Shown here: one piece after another, positions 1 to 9,949 of the stretch
Numbering within the stretch: position 1 is the stretch's first letter
Layout: each line of letters begins with the position of its first letter
The notes under the pieces: generated by a model
What the model saw: only the letters and a program-made list of their open reading frames with translations
What the model was told of the DNA's origin: nothing
Databases searched by the model: none
Virus record (IMG/VR): IMGVR_UViG_3300036770_003021
Span: 1-64,000 of that record
Direction: 5' to 3' (one strand)
Source of the DNA: an uncultured virus (IMG/VR IMGVR_UViG_3300036770_003021)
Taxonomy: Duplodnaviria > Heunggongvirae > Uroviricota > Caudoviricetes
Length of the DNA: 64,000 bases
Program-made: the position numbers and the translations under genes

Positions 1-50
1 ATATTGAAGTCCTTGCCAGTAACCAGATTTAGTGAATTTTTATTTTTCAT
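1..50 (-). CDS. 5' end of a gene running off the window (MKNKNSLNLVTGKDFN...)
   Basis: ATG at 50, open to the window edge, downstream of a TTGACT-N16-TAAGAT promoter-like element. Confidence 0.5.
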   Translation of the reverse strand, partial: MKNKNSLNLVTGKDFN

Positions 51-72
51 ATGTGTTTCTTACCGTAAAATC

Positions 73-100
73 ATCTTACCACGGATTTATAAGAAGTCAA
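73..100 (-). promoter_or_regulatory. sigma70-like promoter TTGACT-N16-TAAGAT with extended -10 TG
   Basis: Reverse complement reads ttgact tcttataaatccgtgg taagat, upstream of the ATG at 50. Confidence 0.5.
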
Positions 101-105
101 CACCA

Positions 106-136
106 AAAATAAAAAAACCACCTGTTACGGTGGTTT
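106..136 (-). terminator. Rho-independent terminator
   Basis: Stem aaaccacc/ggtggttt followed by a T-run on the minus strand, just after the 162..482 gene. Confidence 0.7.
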
Positions 137-161
137 CTAGAGTTTTATCAAAATAATATTA

Positions 162-482
162 TCAATGATGGTGATGATGATAATGATATACTGGACGACC
201 CCATCCACCATATACTACCACAGGTTGTGGTTGATAATATACAACAGGAGCAGGTTGATAATAAACAACTGGTTGAGGATGTACTACTACTGGTTGCGCA
301 TAAACCACTGGTTGTGGTTGAACATATACAACTTGTGTTGGGGGATTAACAATTCTACCAATAGCTTCAATCGCAACTACACCTGTCAATACTTTACCAA
401 CCGTTGCCCATTCTCTATCACCAGCAAATGTTTGAGAGGCTAAAGTTGCACTCAATGCTGCGATAGTAATTAATTTCTTCAT
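162..482 (-). CDS. Secreted Pro/Val/Tyr-rich repeat protein with His-rich C-terminus
   Basis: Likely start MKKLITIAAL at 482 after an AAGGA RBS; signal peptide ending TFA; (V)VY.QP repeats; ends HYHHHHH. Confidence 0.75.
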   Translation of the reverse strand: MKKLITIAALSATLASQTFAGDREWATVGKVLTGVVAIEAIGRIVNPPTQVVYVQPQPVVYAQPVVVHPQPVVYYQPAPVVYYQPQPVVVYGGWGRPVYHYHHHHH

Positions 483-509
483 ATGTATCCTTTTTTTAGA
501 TATACTTTT

Positions 510-538
510 ATAGTACATCAAAAATCAAAAAGTGTCAA
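510..538 (-). promoter_or_regulatory. sigma70-like early promoter TTGACA-N17-TACTAT
   Basis: Consensus -35, 17-nt spacer and near-consensus -10 upstream of the ATG at 482. Confidence 0.75.
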
Positions 539-1174
539 TTATTTCTTCTTAGCTTTACCAGCCTTAGTATACTTCACAACCAACTTTTGAAGATTTTTTG
601 GCAATGTGGGTGGTACATATTCTGCTTTCTTTGGTTTATGATCACCTTGTTTAGCAAATTTACCAACAGCTTGCATTGGTTGAGTAGGATCGTCTTTTGG
701 ATCGTTCATCTTTTCAACCTTGATATCTTTAACAATTTTAAATCCTTTTATAGGATCTACTACATTTTCTTCTTTTTCAGATTGTGCATCAGCCTTTTTG
801 CCACCTTGTTTGTCTTTGCTATTTTCTACACCCTTTGCCAATGCGCTATCAACGTAGTTTTTGGTATCTGATTTTAGATATTCTTTAACGAATTTCTTCA
901 CATCTTCGTACTTCATAAATAGCTTTTTAGTACGATCACTAGTATCTCTGTATGCTAATACATCAAATATATCGTGTACAATTGGTCTCAAGCTAATATG
1001 ATATGGTTCACATTCACATACATTGTAATTTCCCGCGTCATCCAATGTAATAGGTTTCTTGATATCCTTGGATAAATCTTCAATCATTGACTCCCACGAT
1101 TCTTTTGCGCAAGTATACTTTTGTTCCAAGGTTTCTTTTACAAGTCTGTTTACTAGTTGTTTAGAAGGCTTCAT
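539..1174 (-). CDS. Hypothetical charged protein, possibly head-associated
   Basis: Long ORF; likely start MKPSK at 1174 after TATTTATA (1186-1193); N-terminal KQLVNRLVKETLE resembles the shared leader. Confidence 0.65.
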   Translation of the reverse strand: MKPSKQLVNRLVKETLEQKYTCAKESWESMIEDLSKDIKKPITLDDAGNYNVCECEPYHISLRPIVHDIFDVLAYRDTSDRTKKLFMKYEDVKKFVKEYLKSDTKNYVDSALAKGVENSKDKQGGKKADAQSEKEENVVDPIKGFKIVKDIKVEKMNDPKDDPTQPMQAVGKFAKQGDHKPKKAEYVPPTLPKNLQKLVVKYTKAGKAKKK

Positions 1175-1211
1175 ATTAATATACATATAAATAGTAGTAG
1201 GTAGCGGATTA

Positions 1212-1766
1212 TTAATCTTTTTTATTGTCCAATACTTCTATATGTCCTATATACCCATAACTATCATTTCTAGTAGCTATTACTTTAACTTCATATATTG
1301 TACCCTCTCTATCAACCACTCTGTGCGTACTAACACTGCTTCTTTTATCTTTAATAGTTCTTTCCCACTCTTTTTCTACCATTTCCAAATCTTCACTATG
1401 TACACCATTCTTCCACCCATTACCCAAGAAATATTCCACATCGTGTTTCAATAACTGACAATACTTTTCATTTACCCACGTACAATTGCCGTTTGTATCA
1501 CATTCAAATATGGGTTCAGGTCTGGTATCAAGTATCCACTTTTGACGGGTACATATAGTATTAATTAAATTACTATCGTGACATACTTGTTTTTCTATCT
1601 TAGCAACTTGATCTTTTAAAGAAGTACCAGAGTTAGGCTTTACTTCTTTTAATATTTCTTTTACGTTCCGATTTAAGGTAAATACCCACTTGAATGCTCC
1701 AAAAAGCACCCCTCCAGCTGCACTAATTACCAATATTTTTTCAAGATATGAGAAAATGATTTCCAT
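1212..1766 (-). CDS. Membrane-anchored PAS-domain protein
   Basis: N-terminal hydrophobic helix, KPNSGTSLKD motif, then PAS/PAC signature PIFECDTNGNCTWVN...LGNGWKNGVHSEDL...HRVVDREG. Confidence 0.8.
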   Translation of the reverse strand: MEIIFSYLEKILVISAAGGVLFGAFKWVFTLNRNVKEILKEVKPNSGTSLKDQVAKIEKQVCHDSNLINTICTRQKWILDTRPEPIFECDTNGNCTWVNEKYCQLLKHDVEYFLGNGWKNGVHSEDLEMVEKEWERTIKDKRSSVSTHRVVDREGTIYEVKVIATRNDSYGYIGHIEVLDNKKD

Positions 1767-1789
1767 AATAAAGATGAATATAAATATAA

Positions 1790-1820
1790 TAAAAAACGGA
1801 TACTATTTAAAGTACCCGTT
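1790..1820 (-). terminator. Rho-independent terminator after nrdB
   Basis: Minus-strand stem aacgggtact/agtatccgtt followed by a T-run. Confidence 0.6.
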
Positions 1821-1847
1821 ACATTTTTTAATTATTTACAATTGTAA

Positions 1848-2906
1848 TTATAGTTTGAAGTCATCAAAAGCACCCTCGCTAATGGTGTTATCCACACCTT
1901 TAACGTAACTGCTCAATTCAGTTTCTTGGGGGGCTACCTGTAACTTCTTGCTATCGTAGTAACTATCCAACCATCCAGCCAATGGATTTGTCTTGGCTGT
2001 AGGATATAGTTTCTTGTATCCCATACTAGATAAACGATTGTTGGCCAACCATTCAACATAGTGTTTGAGACTTTCGCTGGTCAAACCTACTAAATTACCT
2101 TTACTGAATAGATAATCAGCCCAGTCTTTTTCTGCATTAACTGCCATTTCATAAGCGGCATAGATCTTGTCTTCATTCTTCTTAAGAATATCTTGGAAGC
2201 CTTCTTCTGGGTTATTAATCCAGTTCTTCATAATGTTCTGAGTAATAGCTACGTGTAGATTTTCATCTCTACTGATAAACTTAATAATCTTACTATTACC
2301 CTCCATCTTTCCACGATATCCAAAGTAGAAACTACAAGCAAATGATACATAGAAGATCAACCCTTCAGTAATTTGAGTTGCTAGTACCGCATCAAACAAT
2401 TGTTGTTTAACATCATTTGATGGTGCCAATAGTTCGTCATACTTCTTACTAATAGCTTTAGCACGTTTCACGATTTCTTCGTCTTCTAAGACACTATCAA
2501 AGAACTTGGTAGCATCTGGGTAAACATTGTTAAGAATGTATGTATAACTATTACTGTGAATAGTTTCAAAAAAACTCCACGAATTCATACAAATTTCCAA
2601 TTCACTATTTGTAACGTGCTTCATTAATTCGTGAATACTACGACTCAACATACTATCAGTCATAGTTTGAAACTTGAGATTACTATCAAAAACAAATCGT
2701 TCTTCTGGTGAAAGATTCTTGTAGTCACTAATGTCCTTCACCAATGATACTTCTTGGGGTCTCCAAAAGAAGTTTAGTTGTTGATCATACAACTCGTAAA
2801 ACTTAGGATACTTGATCTGATCATATCGTTGTAGCGATAAATCTTCTCCCAAGAACATTGGATTACGTAACTGATCTATGTTTTTCTTATTTAATACTGT
2901 CTTCAT
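1848..2906 (-). CDS. nrdB: Ribonucleotide reductase class Ia beta subunit
   Basis: FFWRPQEV, ETIHSNSY, EGLIFYVSF, RDENLH, VAPQETE motifs; start at 2906 after AGGAGG. Confidence 0.97.
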   Translation of the reverse strand: MKTVLNKKNIDQLRNPMFLGEDLSLQRYDQIKYPKFYELYDQQLNFFWRPQEVSLVKDISDYKNLSPEERFVFDSNLKFQTMTDSMLSRSIHELMKHVTNSELEICMNSWSFFETIHSNSYTYILNNVYPDATKFFDSVLEDEEIVKRAKAISKKYDELLAPSNDVKQQLFDAVLATQITEGLIFYVSFACSFYFGYRGKMEGNSKIIKFISRDENLHVAITQNIMKNWINNPEEGFQDILKKNEDKIYAAYEMAVNAEKDWADYLFSKGNLVGLTSESLKHYVEWLANNRLSSMGYKKLYPTAKTNPLAGWLDSYYDSKKLQVAPQETELSSYVKGVDNTISEGAFDDFKL

Positions 2907-2917
2907 ATATCCTCCTA

Positions 2918-5206
2918 TTATAGAGCACAAGCGCCACTGGCACAACCAGATTCTTCTTGTACTTTTGGTTTCGCCTCAACAGACTTTGTTTCCATAGCGG
3001 TCTGTTTGTCGCCGTCATCAGTATTAGCATAATATAGATTCTTCAATCCATACTTGTATGCCAACAAGATGTCTTTAATAACAACTTCAACCGGCACCTT
3101 ATTTTTCTCGTAACGTGATGGAATATAGTACGTGTTAGTACTGATACTCATATCTGTAAACTTTTGAATAGCAGCTGCTACCTTTAGGTAACCTTCATTA
3201 CTTGGCATATCAAAAGCAAAAGTATAATTGTCTTTGTACTTATCAATATTAGGAACTACCACAGGCAAAATGTTACTCTTGCTTCCCTTGAAGCTAATAG
3301 CACTACGTGGTGGTTCAATGCCATTGGTGCTGCTCTGAATTACACTACTAGATTCAACAGGCATACAAGCTGTAAGTGTACTGTGTCTCATACCGTACTT
3401 CTTGATTTCTTCACGAAGTGTTTCCCAATCACAATGTAGTGGTTCTGTAATAAATTCATCTACATCTCGCTTATAAGTATCAATTGGCAAAATACCTTGA
3501 CTGAACTTGGTACGATCAAACTTTTCACATTTACCCAATTCTTTTGCCATTTCAACACTAGCCTTGATTAGATAGTAACTGGTCTTTTCCATCCACTTAG
3601 AAACAAAGTTAGGAGCGTTAACATCCCAGTACTTCAATTCTTCTTTAGCCAATAGAGCAGCCAAGTTACTTACGCCTACACCAAGACTACGACGCTTAGT
3701 AGCAAAATTCTTTGCAGCTGGTACGAAATATTCTTGATGATCAATCAAAGCATCCAACATTCTGACAATGATATCACAAACACTTTCCATTTCATTATCA
3801 TCCTTGATTTCCAACCAATTTAGTGCTGCTAAGACACAAACACCAATTTCACCATCTGGATCATTTACATCATAAATTGGAATTAGTGGATGATTTACTT
3901 CAAGACATAGATTGCTTGTATCTACTTGATCCAACCAACTACCGTGTTCATTTGCGTGATCAACGAACATTGTATAAATACGTCCAGTTTCAAGACGTTC
4001 TTTAGCCAATAGACCCATCAATTCACGAGCGGGTACTTTCTTCTTGAACTTAATGTTTTTGTTGGCTTCAGCCTTTTCGTACTTCTCCTTAAATCCTTCC
4101 ATACCAAAAGTATTCCACAGTGAAGGACATTCGTGATAACTAAATAGTGTTACGTCTTGATTCTTCAAGAAACGTTCAAAGATTAACTTATCCAATCCCA
4201 CACAATAGTCCAACTTACGTACACGGTTATCATCAGTACCTTGGTTATTCTTCAATACGAGAATATCTAAAATATCATAATGGAACCAAGCAAAGTTAAC
4301 AGTTGCACTACCACCACGAATGCCGTTTTGATGACAGCTCTTTACAGTGGATTCAAATGCTTTAGCGAATGGAATTGGTCCTGTATGTACAACTTCGCCA
4401 TTACGAATAGGAGCATTTGTAGCACGTAGTCTGGATAGATTCAATCCAATACCATAACGACTAGCTGTAGCAAATCCCACAGCACTATTGTTACTGAAAA
4501 TACTACGAAGATCATCGTCTACAGTAAATAGTGAACAACTAGCATAACTCTTCATTGGAGTTCTTACACCCGCCATAATAGGGGTTGGTAGATTAATCTT
4601 ATGCTTACTAAAGTAGTTGTAAGCCTTCTTGATATAATCAAGACGATTTTCTTTATAACCTTTAAAGAATGTCATTGCGATAAGCATATAAGCAAACTGT
4701 GGGGTTTCATAAATCTGTTTGGTTACACGATTTTGAACCATATACTTATCACACAACTGTTTAATACCAGCATATGTGAAATTAAAATCACGGTCGTGAC
4801 GTAAAAATTCATCTAGCTTATCAAACTCTTGTTTGGTGTACCAATTTAAAATTTCTTCGTCATATACCAAAGCATCAATATTTACTTTGACGATATCATA
4901 TAGTTTAGGAGGATTCTTACCACCCCAAACATTCTTACGTAACTGGTAATTCAATAAACGTGAAGCTACATATTGATAATTGGGTTTATCTTCAGAAATT
5001 AGATTTGCAGAAGCTTCAATCAACATTGCATGAATGTCTTTGGATGTCATACCATCGAAAAACGATAGATGAGCATTCATTGCAACTTCTTCAAAACTAA
5101 CACTTTTTATGTCTTCGGTAGCCCATTGCAAAATCTTATTGATTTTATCTGCATTGAATTTCTCGACGTTACCATTTCTTTTCTTTATAAAAATTTCTTT
5201 ATTCAT
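2918..5206 (-). CDS. nrdA: Ribonucleotide reductase class Ia alpha subunit
   Basis: N-terminal ATP cone, PTPIMAG, SCSL, SNLCLEV, TNGIEP, C-terminal CASGAC. Confidence 0.97.
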   Translation of the reverse strand: MNKEIFIKKRNGNVEKFNADKINKILQWATEDIKSVSFEEVAMNAHLSFFDGMTSKDIHAMLIEASANLISEDKPNYQYVASRLLNYQLRKNVWGGKNPPKLYDIVKVNIDALVYDEEILNWYTKQEFDKLDEFLRHDRDFNFTYAGIKQLCDKYMVQNRVTKQIYETPQFAYMLIAMTFFKGYKENRLDYIKKAYNYFSKHKINLPTPIMAGVRTPMKSYASCSLFTVDDDLRSIFSNNSAVGFATASRYGIGLNLSRLRATNAPIRNGEVVHTGPIPFAKAFESTVKSCHQNGIRGGSATVNFAWFHYDILDILVLKNNQGTDDNRVRKLDYCVGLDKLIFERFLKNQDVTLFSYHECPSLWNTFGMEGFKEKYEKAEANKNIKFKKKVPARELMGLLAKERLETGRIYTMFVDHANEHGSWLDQVDTSNLCLEVNHPLIPIYDVNDPDGEIGVCVLAALNWLEIKDDNEMESVCDIIVRMLDALIDHQEYFVPAAKNFATKRRSLGVGVSNLAALLAKEELKYWDVNAPNFVSKWMEKTSYYLIKASVEMAKELGKCEKFDRTKFSQGILPIDTYKRDVDEFITEPLHCDWETLREEIKKYGMRHSTLTACMPVESSSVIQSSTNGIEPPRSAISFKGSKSNILPVVVPNIDKYKDNYTFAFDMPSNEGYLKVAAAIQKFTDMSISTNTYYIPSRYEKNKVPVEVVIKDILLAYKYGLKNLYYANTDDGDKQTAMETKSVEAKPKVQEESGCASGACAL

Positions 5207-5307
5207 ATGGGTAAAAAATAACTATCTTTTGGATAGTCTATTGTGTGTTTAGATTATAACTTTTTAATAATTTTTTTATACGTTTTTTGCGCGTTACATA
5301 CTATAAA

Positions 5308-6690
5308 TTATTCTTCGTCATCGCTGTTATGTACATTCCACTTGGACTTTAGTGCTTTTTTGACTTGATTTTCTCCATCCATCATTTCATTTAGAATACT
5401 CATACCCTCACGGCTATTTTCTCCATAAATTTCAATGTGACCACAACCAGCGTTCATCTTACTTGGGAATGTCAAACCATCTGGTCCGAAACGATTCTTA
5501 ATTACGTGGAATCGTGCTGTATTTGCCTGTTTATCGTTAACTTTACGACTGAGCGACATAACGAAGTCAGCAGTCATAATCTTACGATAACTATCAGCAA
5601 TATTGTTGGCCTGAATGATATCTTCGTCCATAGCAGCACGATTGCTCTGTGAAGCACTCCAAATGGGAACTTGTAGTTCACCAGCTACACCACGTAACTC
5701 TTCATAGATACCACCAGCCTCACTATAACTGTTACTATTACGTTCGCTTTGTGATGGACGTAGAATATCAGCATAGTCAACAATAATCATATCTACCTTT
5801 GTACCAAGTACAGCCAATCGTTCACAATGTGCTTTTAAACTATAAGCACTAACTGTCTTGATTGGGAAGTATTTGATCTTCAACTTGCCTGGTACATCAG
5901 CAATCTTCTGTTTTACGATATCAACGTTGTTACGAATGTTTTGGAAATCAATTCCAGTAAAACAAGCATCATAACGAAGACCCACATAGTTTTCATTCAA
6001 CTCTAGAGTAAAATGAACTACATTCTTACCCTGCTTCATTGCTTCGGCACCCAACTTGGATAGTACCCAACTCTTACCACTACCAGCACAAGCTGTAATA
6101 ATACCAAGTTCGCCGGCCGCCAATCCACCATCCATAATGGTATCAATTTCAGTCCAATTGGTCTTGACACAATTGCGACTCATTACACTCATACGTTTTT
6201 CAACGTCTTCAGAGTAATCGTGACCGATATTACGTTCCATACCAGCTTTCATTGCGTGGTCAACTACGTTTTTAATCTTTTCGTATTGACCAAGTGCCAA
6301 TAGATCAGCACTTTCAATAATAGCGTTCTTTAGCTTTTGATTCTTACAGAATTCCAAAAACTGTTCTTTGACAAATTTCAAATCACTATCACTAACCTTT
6401 TGATATACCAATTTGAGATTGTCTACTATGCTTCGTTTTAGAAGTTCATCATTAATCTCATCCAATTTAATTTTGAATACTGTTAATGTTGGAAGATCTT
6501 TATACTCATTGAAATATTTAATACTTTCTTTTACTACCCACTTATTTGCATCACTTTCAAAGAAGTCTACTTCAATAATATCGTGAATTCTTTCAATAAA
6601 TGAACGATCAGATATCAAGCACGAAATACACTTGATTTGGAAGTCACGGCCATATTTTGTTAATGAATCAATTGCTTTTTTGTTTTCCAT
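5308..6690 (-). CDS. gp41: DnaB-like replicative helicase (T4 gp41-like)
   Basis: Walker A ACAGSGKS, FTLEL, IIVDYADIL, SASQSNR, KNRFG. Confidence 0.93.
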   Translation of the reverse strand: MENKKAIDSLTKYGRDFQIKCISCLISDRSFIERIHDIIEVDFFESDANKWVVKESIKYFNEYKDLPTLTVFKIKLDEINDELLKRSIVDNLKLVYQKVSDSDLKFVKEQFLEFCKNQKLKNAIIESADLLALGQYEKIKNVVDHAMKAGMERNIGHDYSEDVEKRMSVMSRNCVKTNWTEIDTIMDGGLAAGELGIITACAGSGKSWVLSKLGAEAMKQGKNVVHFTLELNENYVGLRYDACFTGIDFQNIRNNVDIVKQKIADVPGKLKIKYFPIKTVSAYSLKAHCERLAVLGTKVDMIIVDYADILRPSQSERNSNSYSEAGGIYEELRGVAGELQVPIWSASQSNRAAMDEDIIQANNIADSYRKIMTADFVMSLSRKVNDKQANTARFHVIKNRFGPDGLTFPSKMNAGCGHIEIYGENSREGMSILNEMMDGENQVKKALKSKWNVHNSDDEE

Positions 6691-6751
6691 AAGATAACTC
6701 TACTATACCACTGTTTTTTACCAACCACAACGTTTAAATAACGTTTATTTT

Positions 6752-7824
6752 TTATTCGATGAAACTGTTTAGTTTGCCAAAACACTCATTCAACCAAATG
6801 TGATAATTTGGGATATTATTCCACATTTTGTCTTCTGTAATCAACTTCGTAAAAGTCATTTTATCTATTTTACGAATAGGAGTCTTTATTATTTCTTCTA
6901 TACGTAATTGTGTAAATGACTGAACCTGCGTATCACTCAATTGCATCAAAGAGTGATTTCTTTCTAGTAACAACTTATTATCCAATACAGTATCGTATAT
7001 TTTATATTTACCTCTGTTGTTTTCAGAGTAATTATAAATTTCTTGTAATCCATATTGTTGACCGTCTGATAAAAATGGAAATGCTTTTACTACACGTTTT
7101 AAACCCACACCATCTAGTCCAGGTATGTTGTCGCTAACGTCACCTTCCATAACTCTGTATAAAACAAAGTTATTGCAAGTAATTCCATATTCATCCACTA
7201 TTTCTTTACAACCAAAAATTTTCTTTTTTACAGGACTCCAGATTTTAATCTTGTCACTTGCTAGTTGAAGAAAATCTTTATCAGTAGACATAATTGTTAC
7301 ATTACTGTCCTTAAAAGTTTCTTTAGCTAAATAAGCAATTGTATCGTCTGCTTCTATTTGATCAATTGCCATAACTGTTACAGGCAATGTGTCCAAATAA
7401 TTTACAGTACGAATCAATTCTTTTTTGAAGTTAACAGATTCAATCTGCGATGAAGATAATTCTTCGTAATTACGGTTGAGACGAATATCAGTCTTTCTAC
7501 CGTTTTTGTAACCTGGATATATCTTTCTACGTTTCTGACTACCACCTTTACCATCAAATACAATAATAACTCGGGTAGGAGAAATCAATTTAATTGCATA
7601 TCCAATGCTCTTCAAGAAACCAGCAATACCCCCGGTATGTAATCCGTCTTCATTGAGTGAAGGAATGGCCATAAAACTACGAATGTAAGTATTCACTACA
7701 ATCCGTCAACCAAAAGGACATCACTATTAAGTGATTTTTTAAGTCCTCCGGTGACGGAATCGCTTTCTATGTTTTGAAATAAAGAAAATAACTTCTTCAT
7801 TTCTTTGTTGTCAAAGTTGCTCAT
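6752..7824 (-). CDS. rnh: 5'-3' exonuclease / RNase H (FEN/PolA N-terminal family), split into 7696..7824 (42 aa) and 6752..7696 by a 5-nt gap
   Basis: Upstream piece ends DVLLVDGL*; downstream piece continues NTYIRSF...VFDGKGG...YKNGR...EADDTIAY...STDKDFLQL...GDVSDNIPG. Confidence 0.85.
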
Positions 7825-8743
7825 TTAATAATTTTTTAATGTATATATTTTTGTCTTTACATTGTTCCCAATCGTGTTGCCATATAACTTTTATTATATA
7901 CCCATTCGATTCAGCAATCAACATTTTATTTTTATCTTTTTCCCATATTTTAATAACTTCATCGGACGATGTAAAAAATCTAGGATCTCTGTGCCAATAA
8001 GTACCATTAAATTCTATTAATAAATTTTTTTCTTTTACAAACACATCGTATGGCTTCCCCCCAACAACATATTCATCTTGAATTGAATATCCTTGTTCTT
8101 TTAACAATCTAATTACTTCCTGCTGTCCTTTAGATTTAAAAATTGGTTTATGAATTCCACTTTTCCACTGATTTTTAGTAATTAACGATAATTTGTGTTT
8201 TGTTTCAGTAGTATGTCTAAAATTAGATCGCTTGGTTTTCTTTGGTTTTCTTAATTTTAACTTATGTTCTTCTGTTAATGACTTTCCAAGTTGAGATTGA
8301 GACATTTTTTGTTTAGTATCTTCACTGGGTTTATACCAGTCTCTACTCTTTACTCGTTTTATTTTACTCTCCATTGTTTGACACTTTGGTAAACAATGTT
8401 TAATCATTAAATCCCTACATCTAGACTTAGCGGACTGATTATTTTTGTAATATTTTTTAATACCAATCGACATTTTTTGTCTTCTTTCTGAAGAAATAAA
8501 ATAACTATCTTTGTTTCTTTTTTGATGAGCAGCTTTAGACGTTCTAACAGCACTTATTTTTTTCAAATAAGTTTCACCATATTTATTATATAAATATTTT
8601 TTTATTTTTTCCCCAGTTTTGCTACCAATTTTATTCAGTTTAAATAAAGAAGTAAATCCACATATTGATTCATCTTTTATAAAGATTTGATATAATCGTT
8701 CAGATCGGTCTTCAAAAAAGAGTTTTTCCGCATTGTTATCCAT
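7811..8743 (-). mobile_element. Free-standing homing endonuclease (NUMOD3-like repeats plus Vsr/EDxHD-like nuclease)
   Basis: Repeats SEDTKQKMS, TEEHKLKL, HTTETKHKLS; C-terminal YDVFV..LLIEFNGTYWH..D..K..IWQHDW. Confidence 0.8.
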
Positions 8744-8773
8744 ACTAATAAATAGTAGGCAATGCGGAAAAAC
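8722..8773 (-). promoter_or_regulatory. Hairpin enclosing the endonuclease start codon and a late-promoter motif
   Basis: Perfect 14-bp inverted repeat gtttttccgcattg (8722-8735) / caatgcggaaaaac (8760-8773); ATG (8743) and TATTTATT (8747-8754) lie in the loop. Confidence 0.75.
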
Positions 8774-8787
8774 ATCCTATCAACGTA

Positions 8788-9933
8788 TTATTCTTCGTTG
8801 CCTGCAGTTTCTTCGTGTGTATCCACAACAGCATCCTCAATAATTTGACTATTGGGATCTTTGTATTTCATAATTACAGCGTCACAAATCTTCAGGTAAA
8901 TTTCTTCACCCAATTGTTTGTCACTCTGCATTACACTTACAAAGTCTTTGGATTGGAACTTCCATTCGTTTCCATCGTTCTTTTTATAAGTATAATAAGC
9001 ACCACCCTGTTTAATTAGATTTTGTTCTTTTAGAACTTTAATCCAACTGCCATAGTCAGCAATTCCACTATCAAAATAGATATCAAAATTGGCCTGACGT
9101 TGAGGTGGTCCCATACGATTCTTGATAACAACTGCCTTACACTCGTTTCCGATGACTTCTTCACCCTTCTTGAGTTTACCGGCATTATTCAAACGAACAC
9201 GTACACTACAATGATATGCTAAAGCCTTACCACCACTTACTACGTACTTATCACCAAATGCCATAGCATTTAAATTCTGACGTAGTTGATTAGTAAATAC
9301 AGTCAATACTTTCTGTTTACCAATCATAGTAGTAATCTTACGCATTGCCTTACTGATAATAATAGATTTACCCGTTGCAAATCCATCCTTACCGTGATCA
9401 CTTTCCAATTCAACTTTAGTAGATGCTGCTGCTACAGAATCTACAATGATTGTAAGAATACGATCTTTGTTGCTCTTACGAACAATCGCGATCATCTTCT
9501 CCATCTGAGCAAAAATATCTTCAACGGTTTCACATTGAACATATAGTAGCTTAGACAAATCTACACCAAGACTCTTCCAGAACTCAGGCGCAGCTGCGTT
9601 TTCAGTATCAATTACTACAGCGACTCCACCCTTCTTCTGTGTATCTGCGACAACGTGTGCCGACAATAGACTCTTACCAGTACCTTCAAGTCCGTTGAAT
9701 TCAACCATCTTACCAACTGGTAGACCGCCGTGTGGACGATTACTAATTGCAAGATCCAAAATAGAAGAGCCAGTACTAATCCAATCAGTAATTTCTGAAG
9801 GATTATCTTGTTCATCTAGGAAATGTGCAATTTTACCACCATCTTTATTTGCTTTGTTAAGCTCATTCGCCAACATTTCGATTAATTCGTCACGTTGACC
9901 CGATGTATCTTTTGTAACACTTTTCTTTGCCAT
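8788..9933 (-). CDS. uvsX: RecA/UvsX-like recombinase
   Basis: ISTGS..LD, Walker A GLEGTGKS, IDTENA, IIVDSVAA, NQLR, GGKALAY, KNRMGPP; likely start MAKKS. Confidence 0.93.
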   Translation of the reverse strand: MAKKSVTKDTSGQRDELIEMLANELNKANKDGGKIAHFLDEQDNPSEITDWISTGSSILDLAISNRPHGGLPVGKMVEFNGLEGTGKSLLSAHVVADTQKKGGVAVVIDTENAAAPEFWKSLGVDLSKLLYVQCETVEDIFAQMEKMIAIVRKSNKDRILTIIVDSVAAASTKVELESDHGKDGFATGKSIIISKAMRKITTMIGKQKVLTVFTNQLRQNLNAMAFGDKYVVSGGKALAYHCSVRVRLNNAGKLKKGEEVIGNECKAVVIKNRMGPPQRQANFDIYFDSGIADYGSWIKVLKEQNLIKQGGAYYTYKKNDGNEWKFQSKDFVSVMQSDKQLGEEIYLKICDAVIMKYKDPNSQIIEDAVVDTHEETAGNEE

Positions 9934-9949
9934 AACGTATATAACTAGA

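Noticed and set aside
1848..5206. Inteins or introns in nrdA/nrdB (also checked helicase, UvsX, terminase)
   Set aside because: Lengths are normal, motifs are contiguous and no intein junction motifs are visible.
7694..7698. Stop-codon reassignment as the explanation for the exonuclease break
   Set aside because: Reading through TAG meets TGA at once and stays out of frame; other genes are intact under code 11.
7811..8743. Group I intron around the endonuclease
   Set aside because: uvsX ends intact, only ~45 nt of spacer is present, and no intron core could be seen; treated as free-standing.
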